From: Neophaeotheca triangularis
Lineage: Eukaryota
Length of the DNA: 64,000 nt
Assembly: GCA_054600435.1 (NCBI GenBank)
Contig: BAAIJX010000014.1
Span: 1 to 64,000 of the forward strand
Direction of reading: 5' to 3'
Below are positions 1 through 11,500 of this stretch, piece by piece. The notes under the pieces were generated by a model. The model worked only from the letters and a program-made list of their open reading frames with translations, was not told the origin of the DNA and made no database searches. The first letter of the stretch is position 1. Each line of letters opens with the position of its first letter. The translations under genes and the position numbers were made by a program.

Positions 1-91
1 TTTTTCATTTTTTATTTTGTTTTTTTTTTTACCGGGCATTTCTTTTGGGGGGGTTTGGGTTTTTGGGGGGGGGGGGGGGTGGGGTTGGGGG

Positions 92-128
<37 letters not shown>
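1..128. repeat. Homopolymer T/G low-complexity tract, probably a low-quality contig end
   Basis: Almost pure runs of T and G with no telomere repeat unit. Confidence 0.6.
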
Positions 129-338
129 GTCTAACAGCCGGCTACCTTGGTAGGTAGTAGCTAAGGTACTAGTAGCTACTCTCGATTGGGGAAGTTATTG
201 ATCAACGGCGTTGGGACAATGGCGGACGGGGGATTTCATGGTACAGGAGAGGGTAGCTACTACCTACTACCTAAAGTACCTTGGTTTGTAGACGGAGGGT
301 ATCATCCTTCGTAGACGAGGCAAGGACGGAGCTATCGC

Positions 339-1838
339 TCAGCGCTTAACGATGCCAGGTTCTGCTTCGTGCTCCTCGTCCTCGTCCAGCTCCTCATCCC
401 CGTCAACCTCTTCATACCCCTCTCCTTCCCCCTCACTGTCCTCCGATCCACTGCCCTCGCTCTCTCCCTCGCTCCCCGGATCATAATCCTCGCCCTCCTC
501 ATCCTCCTCCTCCTCCTCCTCCTCCATTTCCGCCCCCTCCTCTTGCCCTTCAATCGCAGCCGCAGCTTTCCTCAACTCACCCCCTTCCTCCCCATCAGCA
601 CCGTCAGCCTCTTGCCCCTTAACCTTGTTAACGTTATAAGCCTTGGCACGCCGCTGCTCGGCCATGCTAGCGTCATTGAGCCCATGGCGCTTGATGTAGT
701 CGTCTATGCCGGCAAAGTCCGCTTGGTCGAGCATGCTGTATTCGTGTTCTTGGATTTGGAGGTCGGCGGCGTTGGTCTCGCCATTGTTGGAGGCGGAAGT
801 GGAGGAGGGATTCGGTTTCTGCACGCTGATGACGAGGTTGAAGGTTCGTTGGAGCACCGAGGTGTAGCTTATGCTTTGGATTGCGGAGAAGGGGTAGAAG
901 GCTAGGGGTTTCTTGAAGCCGAAGAGGATGCCGTTGGAGAGGAAGAAGAGGTAGCCTGGAAATAAAGAGTGGGAGGTTAGTGGGTAGTTCGGGTTGAAGG
1001 GAGGGCGGGTCGGGGGTTTGGGCTCACCGTCTTTACTCCCTCGATGCGCTTTCACATGGTAGGCGGTTTCGTTTTTACGGTGTGGTTGGGGTATTGCGCT
1101 GGCAAAGTCTTCATCGCGAGGAGAGATGAGGGATTTGTTTTGATGTGCCAGGAGTTGGGAAAGTTCGGCAGCGACGACCTTGTCGTAACGGCCGCTTACA
1201 TCGCCTCCAGCCGTGGAAATGGCATCTTCTTTGATGGGAATCTCGCCAAGGGTAAAGACAAAGGGCTCGCTGGCGGTGGAGCTTTCTTTCGGGTAGATGA
1301 CGAAGTTGTGCTGGCGAGCTGCCTTTTCTGGCACCGGCAGGCAAAAGGTTTGCTCAATGTCTTCTACTGGTATGGAGAAGTCGACTTGTTGTGTCTGCTG
1401 GTTGATGGCTCTGATACTCTGCGATGCGATACTGTCCCCACTCAGAAACTCGAGTTTCAGCTTCTTCCTGGCCGGCATTGCGAAGCTGACATCTTTGCAC
1501 CAAAACACCACTGGGGCCTCATACTCGGTCTTGGCGGCTTTACTGGGTGGCTCGACATTGAAAGAGTCGATTTCTTCTTGTAGCTTCCTCTTATTGCTGG
1601 CTGCCTCTTCGGCTTGCAATGTACTAGTACGTTTTGCAGCACTTGCCGCCACGTTTTCCGCCACGTCCAGTATCATCTGCTGTACCTCTTCTCCATACGT
1701 CTTGCCAACGTCGAGAGCTCGCTGCAGCAGTGCCGCATCGGTCATCAACCCCCTCAACCGGTTATGCATGTCGGGTATTTGGTTTGCAGCCGTCCAGCCT
1801 TGTTCCAATTTGGCCATTGTGGTGGAATCCGAGCTCAT
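339..1838 (-). CDS. RTT106: Histone chaperone Rtt106-like protein (PH-like domains, acidic tail); intron 956-1027
   Basis: Motifs 'DVSFAMPARKKLKLE', 'AHRGSKD/GYLFFLSNGILFGFKKP' and 'SYTSVLQRTFNL', plus a Glu/Asp-rich C-terminus. A 72-nt GTGAGC..CTAAC..CAG intron restores SKDGYLFF. Confidence 0.85.
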   Translation of the reverse strand: MSSDSTTMAKLEQGWTAANQIPDMHNRLRGLMTDAALLQRALDVGKTYGEEVQQMILDVAENVAASAAKRTSTLQAEEAASNKRKLQEEIDSFNVEPPSKAAKTEYEAPVVFWCKDVSFAMPARKKLKLEFLSGDSIASQSIRAINQQTQQVDFSIPVEDIEQTFCLPVPEKAARQHNFVIYPKESSTASEPFVFTLGEIPIKEDAISTAGGDVSGRYDKVVAAELSQLLAHQNKSLISPRDEDFASAIPQPHRKNETAYHVKAHRGSKDGEPKPPTRPPFNPNYPLTSHSLFPGYLFFLSNGILFGFKKPLAFYPFSAIQSISYTSVLQRTFNLVISVQKPNPSSTSASNNGETNAADLQIQEHEYSMLDQADFAGIDDYIKRHGLNDASMAEQRRAKAYNVNKVKGQEADGADGEEGGELRKAAAAIEGQEEGAEMEEEEEEEDEEGEDYDPGSEGESEGSGSEDSEGEGEGYEEVDGDEELDEDEEHEAEPGIVKR

Positions 1839-2237
1839 AAGTAAGGAGGTATTTGGTGATTTAGATGCCTACCTACTAGTAAGGTATAGGTAGCTAGGTA
1901 AGGTGAAAGGTAGAGGTGACGGTTGGCGTCACGACACGCGCGCGACGCGAACCACGTCAAGCTTGGAAGTTCCAAGTCGTCGTATCTATCTTATCGGAAG
2001 CTACCGCAATTTGACAAAGAAAGCGATGCAGCGGCGGGAGGAGGTACCTTGCCTACAGGTAGTACTGTAGGTATATGCGGAGCTAAGTACAGTACAGTAC
2101 CTACTAGTAGGTAGTGCTAGTAGGTAGTACTAGTAGGTAGTACGGTAAGGTACCTGGTTGTGAAATATACCTACATAGTAATAATCCACATACTACCTAC
2201 AGTAACTACTAGTACTTCACTACTACTAGTACCTACC

Positions 2238-2580
2238 TAGGCTGGCTGGCTGGCTGGCTGGCTGGCTGGGCATGCTCTTCTTTCTGGGCAGTCTCCTTGG
2301 CACTCGAAACAAGCTCAATACGGTCGCACCTTCTGCTACACGCCGGCGTGGCGCCTTTCCGCCATGAGGCAGGGCATGAATTGGCGTCGGGTGTAGGAGG
2401 TAGAGGAGGAAGGCAGGATGGCCTTGGCCTTGGCCTACTCTCTCTCTCTCTCTCTCTCACAAGCCCACAAGCCTACAAGCCTTGGCCGTCGAGGCGACAA
2501 GAAGAAGAGGAATACTACTACTACCACTACTACTACCACTACTACTACTACTACTACTGCATACACCTCACCTCACCTCA
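2238..2580. repeat. Microsatellite cluster: (GGCT)n, (CT)n, (TAC)n, (CCTCA)n
   Basis: Tandem units seen at about 2240-2268, 2437-2458, 2513-2558 and 2565-2580. Confidence 0.9.
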
Positions 2581-2760
2581 TTTCATCTCTCCTCACGCCG
2601 GACGAGCAAGGAAATGCTCTCAATATCAATCCCACACGCTCTTGCTCACAGCTGCTGCACTCCCCCCGGCGCATTTCCTGCCTCTAGACCGTATCCGTCA
2701 AAGATAGAGAGAGATACAAGGACGTAGGGAGAGGGCGGCGATACATACTCCCCGATAACA

Positions 2761-3683
2761 ATGCCGTCACCCCTTCGTCTGCTCACGGCCATTACTCTCG
2801 CCTTCAGCGTGGCAACACAAGTAGCCAATACACAAAGCACCGCCCCCACATCCACCACATCCCCTTCCGAATCTCAAACCATTGTCAGCCTCTTCCTCCC
2901 TTTAGGCGCCGCCAAAAACCTCGGCGCAAGCATCATCACAGCCGTAAGTCGAAGATGAAGAAAAAGCCCCTATACGTCACGACTAAATACCAAAAACTAA
3001 CATCCCCCCTCCCAAAAACAGGCACCACACCTCACCGCCTACGCCATCGGCTGCATCCCCTCAGCCTCAGCCAGCGACAACTCGGGCACAACAACCCATA
3101 GCTTCGACCTCGAAGCCTGCGGTTTCCGCGACTCCATCACCCTGACCGAAGGCGTGAGCACGCTAATCTACACCTACAACCCACACGTCTCTGGACTGTC
3201 CATGTAGGTAACTTCTTCGTTTCGCCACAACTCCTCCTTTTACACACACACACTTTACTAACAGCCCCCCCTCACAGCGAAGGCACAACCCTCACGCCTC
3301 CACCCGCCGAATCTTCCGACCCGGCTTTGGCGACAGTGAATTGCAGTTTCGCCGGCGCCAGCAGCGAGCCCTCTTTCAAACCCGCCAGTCGCGCCGTTTG
3401 CACAGGCCGCTCGGCCATTCACGGTTTGGGAAATGTCGCTTCCACGACTACGCTGGCGAGCACTCAGATTGAGTATGTGCCTGTGACGGTGACGGCGGGG
3501 TTGGAGAAAGTTGCGGCGATGAGCGCGGGGGCTGGTGGGGGTGGGGAGGAGGGGGAGGGCGAGGGGGAGGGGGAGGGAGGGAGTAGTGGGGGGACTAGGG
3601 GGTGGGAAGGGCAGGGTGTTTGGAGTGCGGGAGTTCTAGGGGCGGTTGCTGGGGTTGTTGGGTTGCTTGGGGGGTTGCTTTGA
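2761..3683 (+). CDS. Secreted, probably GPI-anchored Ser/Thr-rich cell-wall protein; two introns (2944-3021, about 3204-3277)
   Basis: Signal peptide MPSPLRLLTAITLAFSVA; exon 2 'LTAYAIGC...CGF..ITLTEG'; 'VPVTVTAGLEK'; hydrophobic C-terminus after a Gly/Ser linker. Confidence 0.75.
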
Positions 3684-4594
3684 AAGATTGGGGGGGGGAT
3701 GGGGTTGGGGGTTTTTGGGGGTTTCTGGGGCTTCATCAAGTTGTTGCCATGGCGTTTGTCTCTTGGTTTTGGTGTGGGATGGCTTGCTTCGATATGGGAT
3801 GGGATGGGATGGGATGGTCTCGGGCTCATGATAGGATTGAGAGCGGTGTTTGGCGTTGTCGCCTGTGCGCGAAAAACCGGCAAATGGTGCCTCGACTGTG
3901 CGCAAATGACATTTTCTTTCGCTTGATACACTGCGCTTGATACACTGCGCTTGTCACTGCTGATGCTTGCATCTACCAAACTATCATATAATGCTCTTCC
4001 CCAGCAAGAGCAGCTGTATTCTCGCCACTTGCCTACTCTGCTTTCCCATTCTCCTCGGTCAAGGTGGTAAGCTCGCTAACAATCCCGTCTACTCATCAAG
4101 TGCAGCACAGCAGATTATCGAACGAACTAGCAACCCCGTCAACCCAAGCGCAGCACAACAGATAACCGAACAATCTAGTCTCCATCGCACCCACGATTAG
4201 CTGCCGAACATCGGCAAAGAGTACGGAAAACTCACGAAAGACGCAACTCACCACTCCCTCCCAACCCGTGCCACCCTATCCCGCCATTCAAAGCCTCAGC
4301 CAGGCGTTGTTCTTCGATTCATAATGGGGGGCAGATCTCTACTCGCACAATCCAGTCCCCCACCGAGCAGCACGATGCATAGAGCGAGCCAAGCAGTTTA
4401 GTTTCCCTGCTCCTCTCCGCAGCCACTGCTAAAAGTAAACGCAGTAACGCCAGCGGTGGCGAGGAACGAGTTCGCGCTCCCAAGTGTGAAAGCGGACGAA
4501 AACCCGGCTAACGAGACCGTCGGACCTCCCGGCTACACCCGCATGAGTGGCACAGTCCTCGAGATTGTAGTAGCTGGCTTTGCTGCTGCTGCTT

Positions 4595-4605
4595 TCACCC
4601 TTGCC

Positions 4606-4636
<31 letters not shown>

Positions 4637-5387
4637 TCCCTCGTGCAATCCCGTGTAGTAGCCCGCGTAGTACCAGGACATGATCAGATTCTTGAGATTG
4701 GGCGAGTTGGCTGCGAGGGGGAGCGTTAGTTACGGTTTTTCCCTCTACTTACTTGGGAAGAGATGATGATGATGGTGATGATGATGATACTGATGATGTG
4801 AGGGACGCGCGATCTTGCTTACTGTTGTTCAGCACGGCTTCGGGCAGGGGCGGCATAGCGGCGGCTTGAGGTTGCGTTTGCTGCTGCTGCTGCTGCTGCT
4901 GCCGCTGCCGTGGAAGCGAGGCCGCCGGCTCCGCAGAGTTCGTCGCCGCACCGGCTACTGCGTCCGCTTCCGCTTCCGCTTCCGCTTCTGCTTCTGCTTG
5001 CTGCGGGCGCACGTAATCGTCGGGGATCGCTGGGCCGATGAAGGTCTGCACCGGTTGCTGCGCGGTTGAGGGTACTTGAGCCGCGGTTGCCGAGGGAGGC
5101 GATGGCGGTGGCTGGGTGGAAGTGACGGGGTCCGGGTTCCCGTTGGGCAGGTTTTGCAAAGGGTTGGCTTCGATTCGCGCTTGGAGGTCCGGAGTTATCT
5201 GCGTGATGCCTTTGGAGGAGAGGCTGTGGTAGGTCTGTGGGTTGGGCTGTTAGTTTGGAGGTTTTGCTGTTGGGAGGTTTTAAAAGGGGTGGGGGATTGG
5301 GGGCCAGTAGCTGACTTTGTATTCGTTCTGCACGCGGTCCCAGTTGCTCAGGAGCTCGTCGTCGTTGAGATCCCAGGCGTCTGCCAT
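4595..5387 (-). CDS. SMN1: Survival motor neuron (SMN) homologue; exons 5387-5316, 5234-4823, 4710-4595
   Basis: The spliced product starts MADAWDLNDDELLSNWDRVQNEYK/TYHSLSSKG (Gemin2-binding type) and ends NLKNLIMSWYYAGYYTGLHEGQQQ (YG-box). Both introns are GT-AG with CTAAC. Confidence 0.9.
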
Positions 5388-5653
5388 GTTGGGGATTTTT
5401 TACCCGTGTTTGGTGAAGTAGTTTTTTTTTGTTGCGAATGCTTGCTTGTACTTACCAGATGTTGGAGTACGGAACAAAAGTGGAGCCAAAAGTCGTAGAG
5501 TGAAGTGAATGCACGGACATTTCTCGGCGAACTTTCTTCTGCTCGCGACTCGGCTGGAGAAAAAGTTCGAGCTTTGGGATCTGGGATTCGGAGGAAGCTG
5601 CATTTTTTGCGCATTTCACACTCTACACTACGATACAAATGCAAACCGCAACC

Positions 5654-6898
5654 ATGTCTGCCGAAATCAAATCGAAGAAGCGTTCGAGCACTGGAGATGC
5701 TACTACTTCCGTCAACAAGAAGGTCAAGACGACCAAGTCCGCCGACAAACCTACACCGCTCAAGTCTGCGCTGAAGAAAACTTCCAAGACAGAGGAGAAG
5801 ACTGCGGCGCCTATCAAAGAGAAGAAGAGCAAAACTGCCAAAGCAAGCAAGAAAGAAATGGCAGAAAATGACGACGGAGGTGTTGCCGTCACCGAAGAGA
5901 CGGCAGTGGTGAACGGCGACAAACCCGCCAAAGTCAAGAAGACCAAAACTACCAAACCCGCGGCAAGCAAAAAGGCCGCAAAAGAGACCACCACCACCAC
6001 CATCGACGCCTCGGACTCTGACTCTGCCCCCGCCGACCCAACCACTGATTTAACCGCCGACCAGACCGCCGCCCTCCTCGCCGGCTTCTCCGACAGCGGC
6101 AGCGACGCCTCCGACAACGAAGCCGACGACGGCCTAGACATCTCGACGCTCCCCCAACCTCCAACCTCCAGCGCCGTGCAAAAGCAAATCGCCAAACTGC
6201 AAGCCGACCCGGAGCGCGTCCCCGGCGTCGTCTACCTCGGCCGCATCCCGCACGGTTTCTACGAACCGCAAATGCGCGCCTACTTCTCGCAATTCGGGAG
6301 CATCACGCACCTCAAACTCGCCCGTAACCCCAAGACGGGCAAGAGCAGGCACTTTGCTTTCATCGAGTTTGCGTCCAAAGCCGTCGCGGAGATTGTCGTC
6401 AAGACTATGGATAAGTATTTGCTGTTTGGGCATATTTTGCAGGTGAGGAATGTGCCGGCTGAGAGGGTTGGGGAGGGGTTTTGGCGCGGGACGGGCAGGA
6501 AGGTCATGCCGAGGAATAGGCTCGAGGGCGCGAGGTTGAGGAGGGGGGTTCACAGGGAGGGCTGGGAGGGAAGGGTGAGGAAGGAAGAGGAGAGGAGACT
6601 GCAGAAGGTGGGCAAGTTGGCGGAGTTGGGGTATCAGTTTGAGATGCCGGGGTTGAAAAAGGTGGAGGATGTGCCTGTTAGGGCTGCGGCTGTCGCTGCT
6701 GTTGAGGGAGATGGGGAGGTTACGGCTGTTGAGGCGGAGAAGGTTGAGGCTGATGGGACCGAGGTTGTCAAGGCTGTCGAGGCTAAACCTGACGGTGTTG
6801 AAATTACTGAAAAGGTCAAGGGGAAGAAGAGGCCGGCTGCCAAGGATACCGGTGCGGTCAAGAAGAGCAAGAAGGCGAAGAAGGTTGTTGCTGCGTAA
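5654..6898 (+). CDS. NOP15: Ribosome biogenesis RRM protein Nop15/MKI67IP
   Basis: RRM 'GVVYLGRIPHGFYEPQMRAYFSQFG...RNPKTGKSRHFAFIEF...MDKYLLFGHIL' with Lys-rich termini. The start may instead be the ATG at 5639. Confidence 0.9.
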   Translation: MSAEIKSKKRSSTGDATTSVNKKVKTTKSADKPTPLKSALKKTSKTEEKTAAPIKEKKSKTAKASKKEMAENDDGGVAVTEETAVVNGDKPAKVKKTKTTKPAASKKAAKETTTTTIDASDSDSAPADPTTDLTADQTAALLAGFSDSGSDASDNEADDGLDISTLPQPPTSSAVQKQIAKLQADPERVPGVVYLGRIPHGFYEPQMRAYFSQFGSITHLKLARNPKTGKSRHFAFIEFASKAVAEIVVKTMDKYLLFGHILQVRNVPAERVGEGFWRGTGRKVMPRNRLEGARLRRGVHREGWEGRVRKEEERRLQKVGKLAELGYQFEMPGLKKVEDVPVRAAAVAAVEGDGEVTAVEAEKVEADGTEVVKAVEAKPDGVEITEKVKGKKRPAAKDTGAVKKSKKAKKVVAA

Positions 6899-7320
6899 GG
6901 GAGTGGGGCATAGTATTTGATACAATGGCTTTCTATCAGGTGGTGTTGCTATGGCGTTCAGGGGTCTTGCGTGATGTAAAAGCCGTCATAACGCTCCATG
7001 ATCATCAGCATGTATAAATTCTGGTCGAGCCAGAGCACTTTTCTCAAACTTTTGTACTCTTCCACCACACCGTCCTCTCGTAGACATTGCCGTTTCTTCT
7101 CTCTCGCAATCGCCGATGCTGTCTCCATAGCAAACGCCACGCTATGCAAAGCAAAGCAACATGAAGCATTCTCCGTGCCCAATTTGACACCTCGTTTCGT
7201 TCCCTCTACAAACCACCACTCTACAACACTAACGCTCCGACAGCATCGTAAAAAACCCCTGCACCCTCTCCCCAAATGCTTAACGCCTGTCCTCCCTCGT
7301 TCGCGACTTCAACAACTCAC

Positions 7321-8265
7321 TCACTTCACAATCAACACAGCACTAGGCACCAGCCCAGCCTCTTTGAGCGTCAACCCAAAATCACTCTGATCAAACGTTT
7401 TCTTGGGGAAAGTGGTAGTGAAACTCTCCACCTCCACGCCCGCCTCTTGCGAGCACACATGCGCAACCTCGAACAGCGTGGTCTCGGCGGGGAAACTCTT
7501 GGTCAAATTCTGATCGGGAACTTGTAACCGCAAGCGAGCTTGAGTGTGGTTTGCTTGAGCGGGCTTGGGAGCTGAAGCAGCCGCAGCACCACCGCCAGCA
7601 CCACCCTGGGGATCCATGCCCGCTTTGCCTTCACGGATGGCTTTCTCCTCTTCCGCCTTCTTGCGCCTGGCTTCCTTGTCCTGCTCAATCTTCTCCCTGA
7701 TCCGCTTCTTCGCCGCAATATCATCCTCCTTTTCCTTCTTCTTCTTCTGCGCCTCTTTGACCCGCTCCTTACGCTGCAGCTCCTCCTTGGCATCACTCGC
7801 GTCCTTGGTGGCTTTGCGACGAATATCCTCATTCCGCTTATTCGCAACCTTGTCCTCAGCCTGCTGCCCTTTACGCTTCTCCGCCAGCGCCGCGCGCATC
7901 TCCTCGAGCTTCTGCTTCTTCTGCTCTTCCGTCAACGGCGCCAGTTCCTCGGTAGATTCCGCGAAATCGTCGTGCCCGCTCTTCTCCGCGTGGAATTGCG
8001 CTTGCGACATACCGCGGAACTTCTTCCCGCACTCGTTGCAGACCATGCTGCGGGGCACTTCGCCGGCTTCGAGGGCGGGGTTGTCGTCGGAGGAGGTGGT
8101 GGTGGTGGTGTTGGCGGTCTCAGCTCGCAGGTCTTCGATGGTCTTGTCCGCGTTCTTGTCTAGCCAGTCGATGGCCGAAGTGAGATTGCCTGACTTTTTG
8201 AGCGCCAGTTCCGAGCGTTCGGGGTCGAAACCCATGTCTTTGAGGTTGTCGAGGTCGGAGGACAT
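7321..8265 (-). CDS. UBA - C2H2 zinc finger - coiled coil - UBX domain protein (UBXN1-like Cdc48 adaptor)
   Basis: UBA 'LKDMGFD...AIDWL', zinc finger 'CNECGKKF...HAEKSGH' and C-terminal UBX 'TFPKKTF...TLKEAGLVPSAVL'. Confidence 0.9.
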   Translation of the reverse strand: MSSDLDNLKDMGFDPERSELALKKSGNLTSAIDWLDKNADKTIEDLRAETANTTTTTSSDDNPALEAGEVPRSMVCNECGKKFRGMSQAQFHAEKSGHDDFAESTEELAPLTEEQKKQKLEEMRAALAEKRKGQQAEDKVANKRNEDIRRKATKDASDAKEELQRKERVKEAQKKKKEKEDDIAAKKRIREKIEQDKEARRKKAEEEKAIREGKAGMDPQGGAGGGAAAASAPKPAQANHTQARLRLQVPDQNLTKSFPAETTLFEVAHVCSQEAGVEVESFTTTFPKKTFDQSDFGLTLKEAGLVPSAVLIVK

Positions 8266-8898
8266 GGTTGCAGTTGTGTGGAGTGGGGTGGTGGGTGGAT
8301 TGGGAAGGTGTGAGGTGACTGCTGAAGTAGCAAGCGTTTTGTGAGCGCGTATCAAGGTGCCGGTGTGCAGTTGAGCAGCCTGGGTGAAAGTGTTGTGGAA
8401 GAGAGAGATGTCTTGAGTATTATTGAAGTGGAAGCTCTAGAGCTGTCTAGGGTAGGTAAGCGTACCACATGCACCCGGACGTCTCGGAAGGCGAAAGTGC
8501 AAGCTGGAGGTGGGGGCTAAATCAGATAAGGGTCGCAGTGACGTCGTCGGTAGCTGGAGGCGTCCAAGGGACACGTGACGTGTACTGCAGGTGACATCCA
8601 AGCGGGCGGTCCCAGCTCCAGGAAGCGAGATCCAGGCACGACACCAAACGTTACTACTACTCGACTCTCCCTCCCACCTCTCCCATTGATTATTCTGTAC
8701 ATCGACCCTCAATCTATCCTCCTTCTCCTTCCCCACAACCTGTACAAACCCCCCTGGTCACCACTCTCGACTCTTCACCTGTCCGCCTCTCCGCCAGCTC
8801 CGTCTCGTCCGGCGCATCCCACCACCCTCGCTCATAACCCCAATTACCCCGTCAACACCCTCAAAGAGTCGCGGCGCATCCTCCTCCATTCAGCCACA

Positions 8899-9996
8899 AT
8901 GTCCGTCGAGCTGGACCCACCGGAGTTGGGCTTCAAACGTATGACATTCCTCGCCAACATACCCTCTACCTACTATACTAATCATGCTGGTCATCCAGGC
9001 CCCTTCACCCATGAGGTCTCGCAGGTCCTCCGCCTCCATAACCCTACCTCCGACCCCATCGCCTTCAAAGTCAAAACCACCGCTCCTAAACAGTACGTCA
9101 TACAAGTCCCTCCCGGATTACTATTTCATACAGCCATGCCTTGATATCACATGGTATGGGAAGGAGGAACGACGCCCTAACACTAGCGTTCAACTAGATA
9201 TTGTGTGCGTCCCAACTCCGGTCGCATCGAAGGTGGCCGCGATGTCGAAGTTCAAGTTCTCCTCCAAGCCATGAAGCAAGACCCACCCCCAGAGACCAAA
9301 TGCCGCGACAAGTTCCTTGTTCAGTCAGTCGCTATCCCTGCGACGGCTGAGAAGGACGCTAGCGTCACTCAAATCTGGACTGGCATCGAGGAAACCAACA
9401 AGTCTTCGATTCAAGAGACGAAGATTCGCGTCAACTTCCTCCCCGCCGACGCGGGCGCTCCTGCGCCAGGTGCCGCTGCGGCAACCACCAACGGCGTCTC
9501 CGCACCCAACGACTCCCCACCCTCCTACACGGCACCTTCGCCCTCCGTCTCGACTCCCCAACGCGCGTCCGGCCCCGTGAGCGAAGCGAAAGACCGTCCT
9601 CTTGACAATAAACACCTCGGCGAAGCCCTCAACTCCACCACCAACCCCTCTGCCTCGCCAGCCTCCACCCACTATGCCTCGCCAGCGCAATCTTCTACCA
9701 CCAACAGCACTGGCGTCGCCGGCGCTGCTGCCAGCATGGGTCTCCCGACATCTCAGCAAGAGTTGAAGAACCAGCTGGACGAGGCCAAAGCGACCATAGC
9801 GCGGCTGCAATCCCAAGTCCAGGAGTCCGCGGGTCTCAGGCAGCGCAAAGGCGACAACATCAACTCGCCCCTGGCGAGCGAGAAGAGCGGGACCACTGCC
9901 CAAACGCAAGTTGTCAGCCAAGGCGGTGGCGTCCCTATGCACTACGCGGCGCTTATGTGTGTGGTGGCCTTCCTGCTCGCGTACTTCCTCTTCTAG
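8899..9996 (+). CDS. SCS2: VAMP-associated protein (MSP domain, coiled coil, C-terminal TM); introns 8939-8998, 9093-9197
   Basis: 'FKVKTTAPKQYCVRPNSG' after splicing, 'CRDKFLVQS' and a C-terminal TM 'CVVAFLLAYFLF'. Confidence 0.93.
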
Positions 9997-10869
9997 AGGC
10001 TGCAGAAGAAGTGCGAAGCTAGGATCGTCAGCGCATTGGTTCAGAGGGGGGGGTGACGGATGGTGCTGCTGGCTGGGATGAAGAGGTATGCGTGTACGCT
10101 ATTCACGAAACGGACTGGATACTGAGCAAAACAAGCGAGCAAGGAAAATCGTGCGACGGCTGGCGGCTTCACTACTCAATTACCACCACCATCACACAAT
10201 CAGTTTGAGGTGATGGGGTGAAAGAAGGCTCGGAGCCGTCTGTTCAGCAAAAGGCAACTTTTGACAGTCGATTGGATGCGGGCTCTGAGAGGAAGATCGT
10301 GTACTTGCCTTTTTTTTTTTTCATGTTCGATTGACTCGCGCGCGTGCTTTCGAGGCTGCTGTAGTGAGGTAGCGGTTCAGTCGGTTGCAGATATCCTTTT
10401 CCCTACAAATTGAAAAGCTGTTTTGAGTGTGCTGCCCTTTGTGCCGTTACTGTCCCCGTTCTTTCGTCGTCTCCGCAGGGTCGACGTTACTGTTTAGGGA
10501 CTTCTAAGACAGCAGGCGTTGATGCTGGTACAGGTGGAGGGGAGGTGAGAGATCGAGCCATACATGTGCTGCAGGGAAAGAAACAGCGTATGGTCCAAGA
10601 AGTTTTGATACCAGAAACGAAAATCGGTGTATCATCTAAACCGCTCTCTCCCGCCAACACTCTCAATGCCTATACTCTCGTTCTCAAGCCCCTCTCCCTT
10701 CTCATCGGCTGAGTGAAAGCGACCCTCCAGCCCCGCACGCCGTCCTCGCCACGTGGTTCAAGATCAGAACCTCACGCACACCCTGCTCTCCACCGCATCC
10801 CTGGATACGAGATCCTCTTCCAACAACCCCTCCAATCCCCCAGCAAGGTGCCGCGCCGAAGCGACGAGA

Positions 10870-11500
10870 TTACTTCTTCCCCTCCGCCTCCTTTTTAGCC
10901 AACGCTACAGATTACCATAAAAGTCAGCCCATTCTGCAAGCAGACTTGCTCTCGACTCGAAACGCGGGCTGCATTCGACCTTTGTTTTGGTCGTAGATTT
11001 TGGGGCTAAGTTGAAGACTCACCGGCTTGTTGCTTCTGCTGCATGATTTGTGCGACTTTTTCCTTCTCCGCCCGTTGTTCGCTGCCGGTCATTGTGTTTT
11101 TGTTTTTCTATTTGGATGAAAGGGGTGGTTAGTGGGGGGGTTTTGATATTGGGGAAATGAGGTGGGTGGGATGGGTTGTGACGGTGGTTTGGGGTTGAGG
11201 GGTATGGAAGGGCTGATAGTGGCGAGGGATGGGACCAATGCTTCCAGGTCTCTGGAGGCAGCTGTTTTCTCCGCGGTTGGCGAGGTAGATGCCTCTCGCG
11301 GTTGTTTGGTCGTGGTCTGTTCTAGAGGTTCTCCTCTTGCGGCAAGGAAGACATGATGGGGTTTGGCGGCTTATGTAGGGCGAGAAAAGGCAAAAAGATG
11401 CCGGAGCGAAGAGAAAGAGAGTAGAAAGTACACATACCTTCCCAGCCTGCTCTTTCAGGTTCTTCTCGCGAGCCTTATCGCGTTGGTTGCCGCGAGCCAT
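10870..11500 (-). CDS. SERF/4F5-family small EDRK-rich protein; three exons (intron 1 11108-11437)
   Basis: MARGNQRDKAREKNLKEQAGK/KNKNTMTGSEQRAEKEKVAQIMQQKQQA/ALAKKEAEGKK*, with canonical splice sites. Confidence 0.88.

Noticed and set aside
1..128. Possible telomere
   Set aside because: No TTAGGG/CCCTAA units; irregular homopolymers look like a sequencing artefact.
3921..3954. Short direct repeat GCTTGATACACTGC (about 2.5 copies) as a CRISPR-like or mobile-element signature
   Set aside because: Simple local tandem duplication with no spacers, in a eukaryotic context.
6134..8344. Long antisense ORFs over NOP15 and the UBX gene (similar ones overlie other genes)
   Set aside because: Explained as shadow frames of GC-rich, biased codon usage.
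10360..10410. tRNA-like fragment (GTAGCGGTTCAGTCGGTT)
   Set aside because: No cloverleaf or T-loop GTTCRA at the proper spacing.
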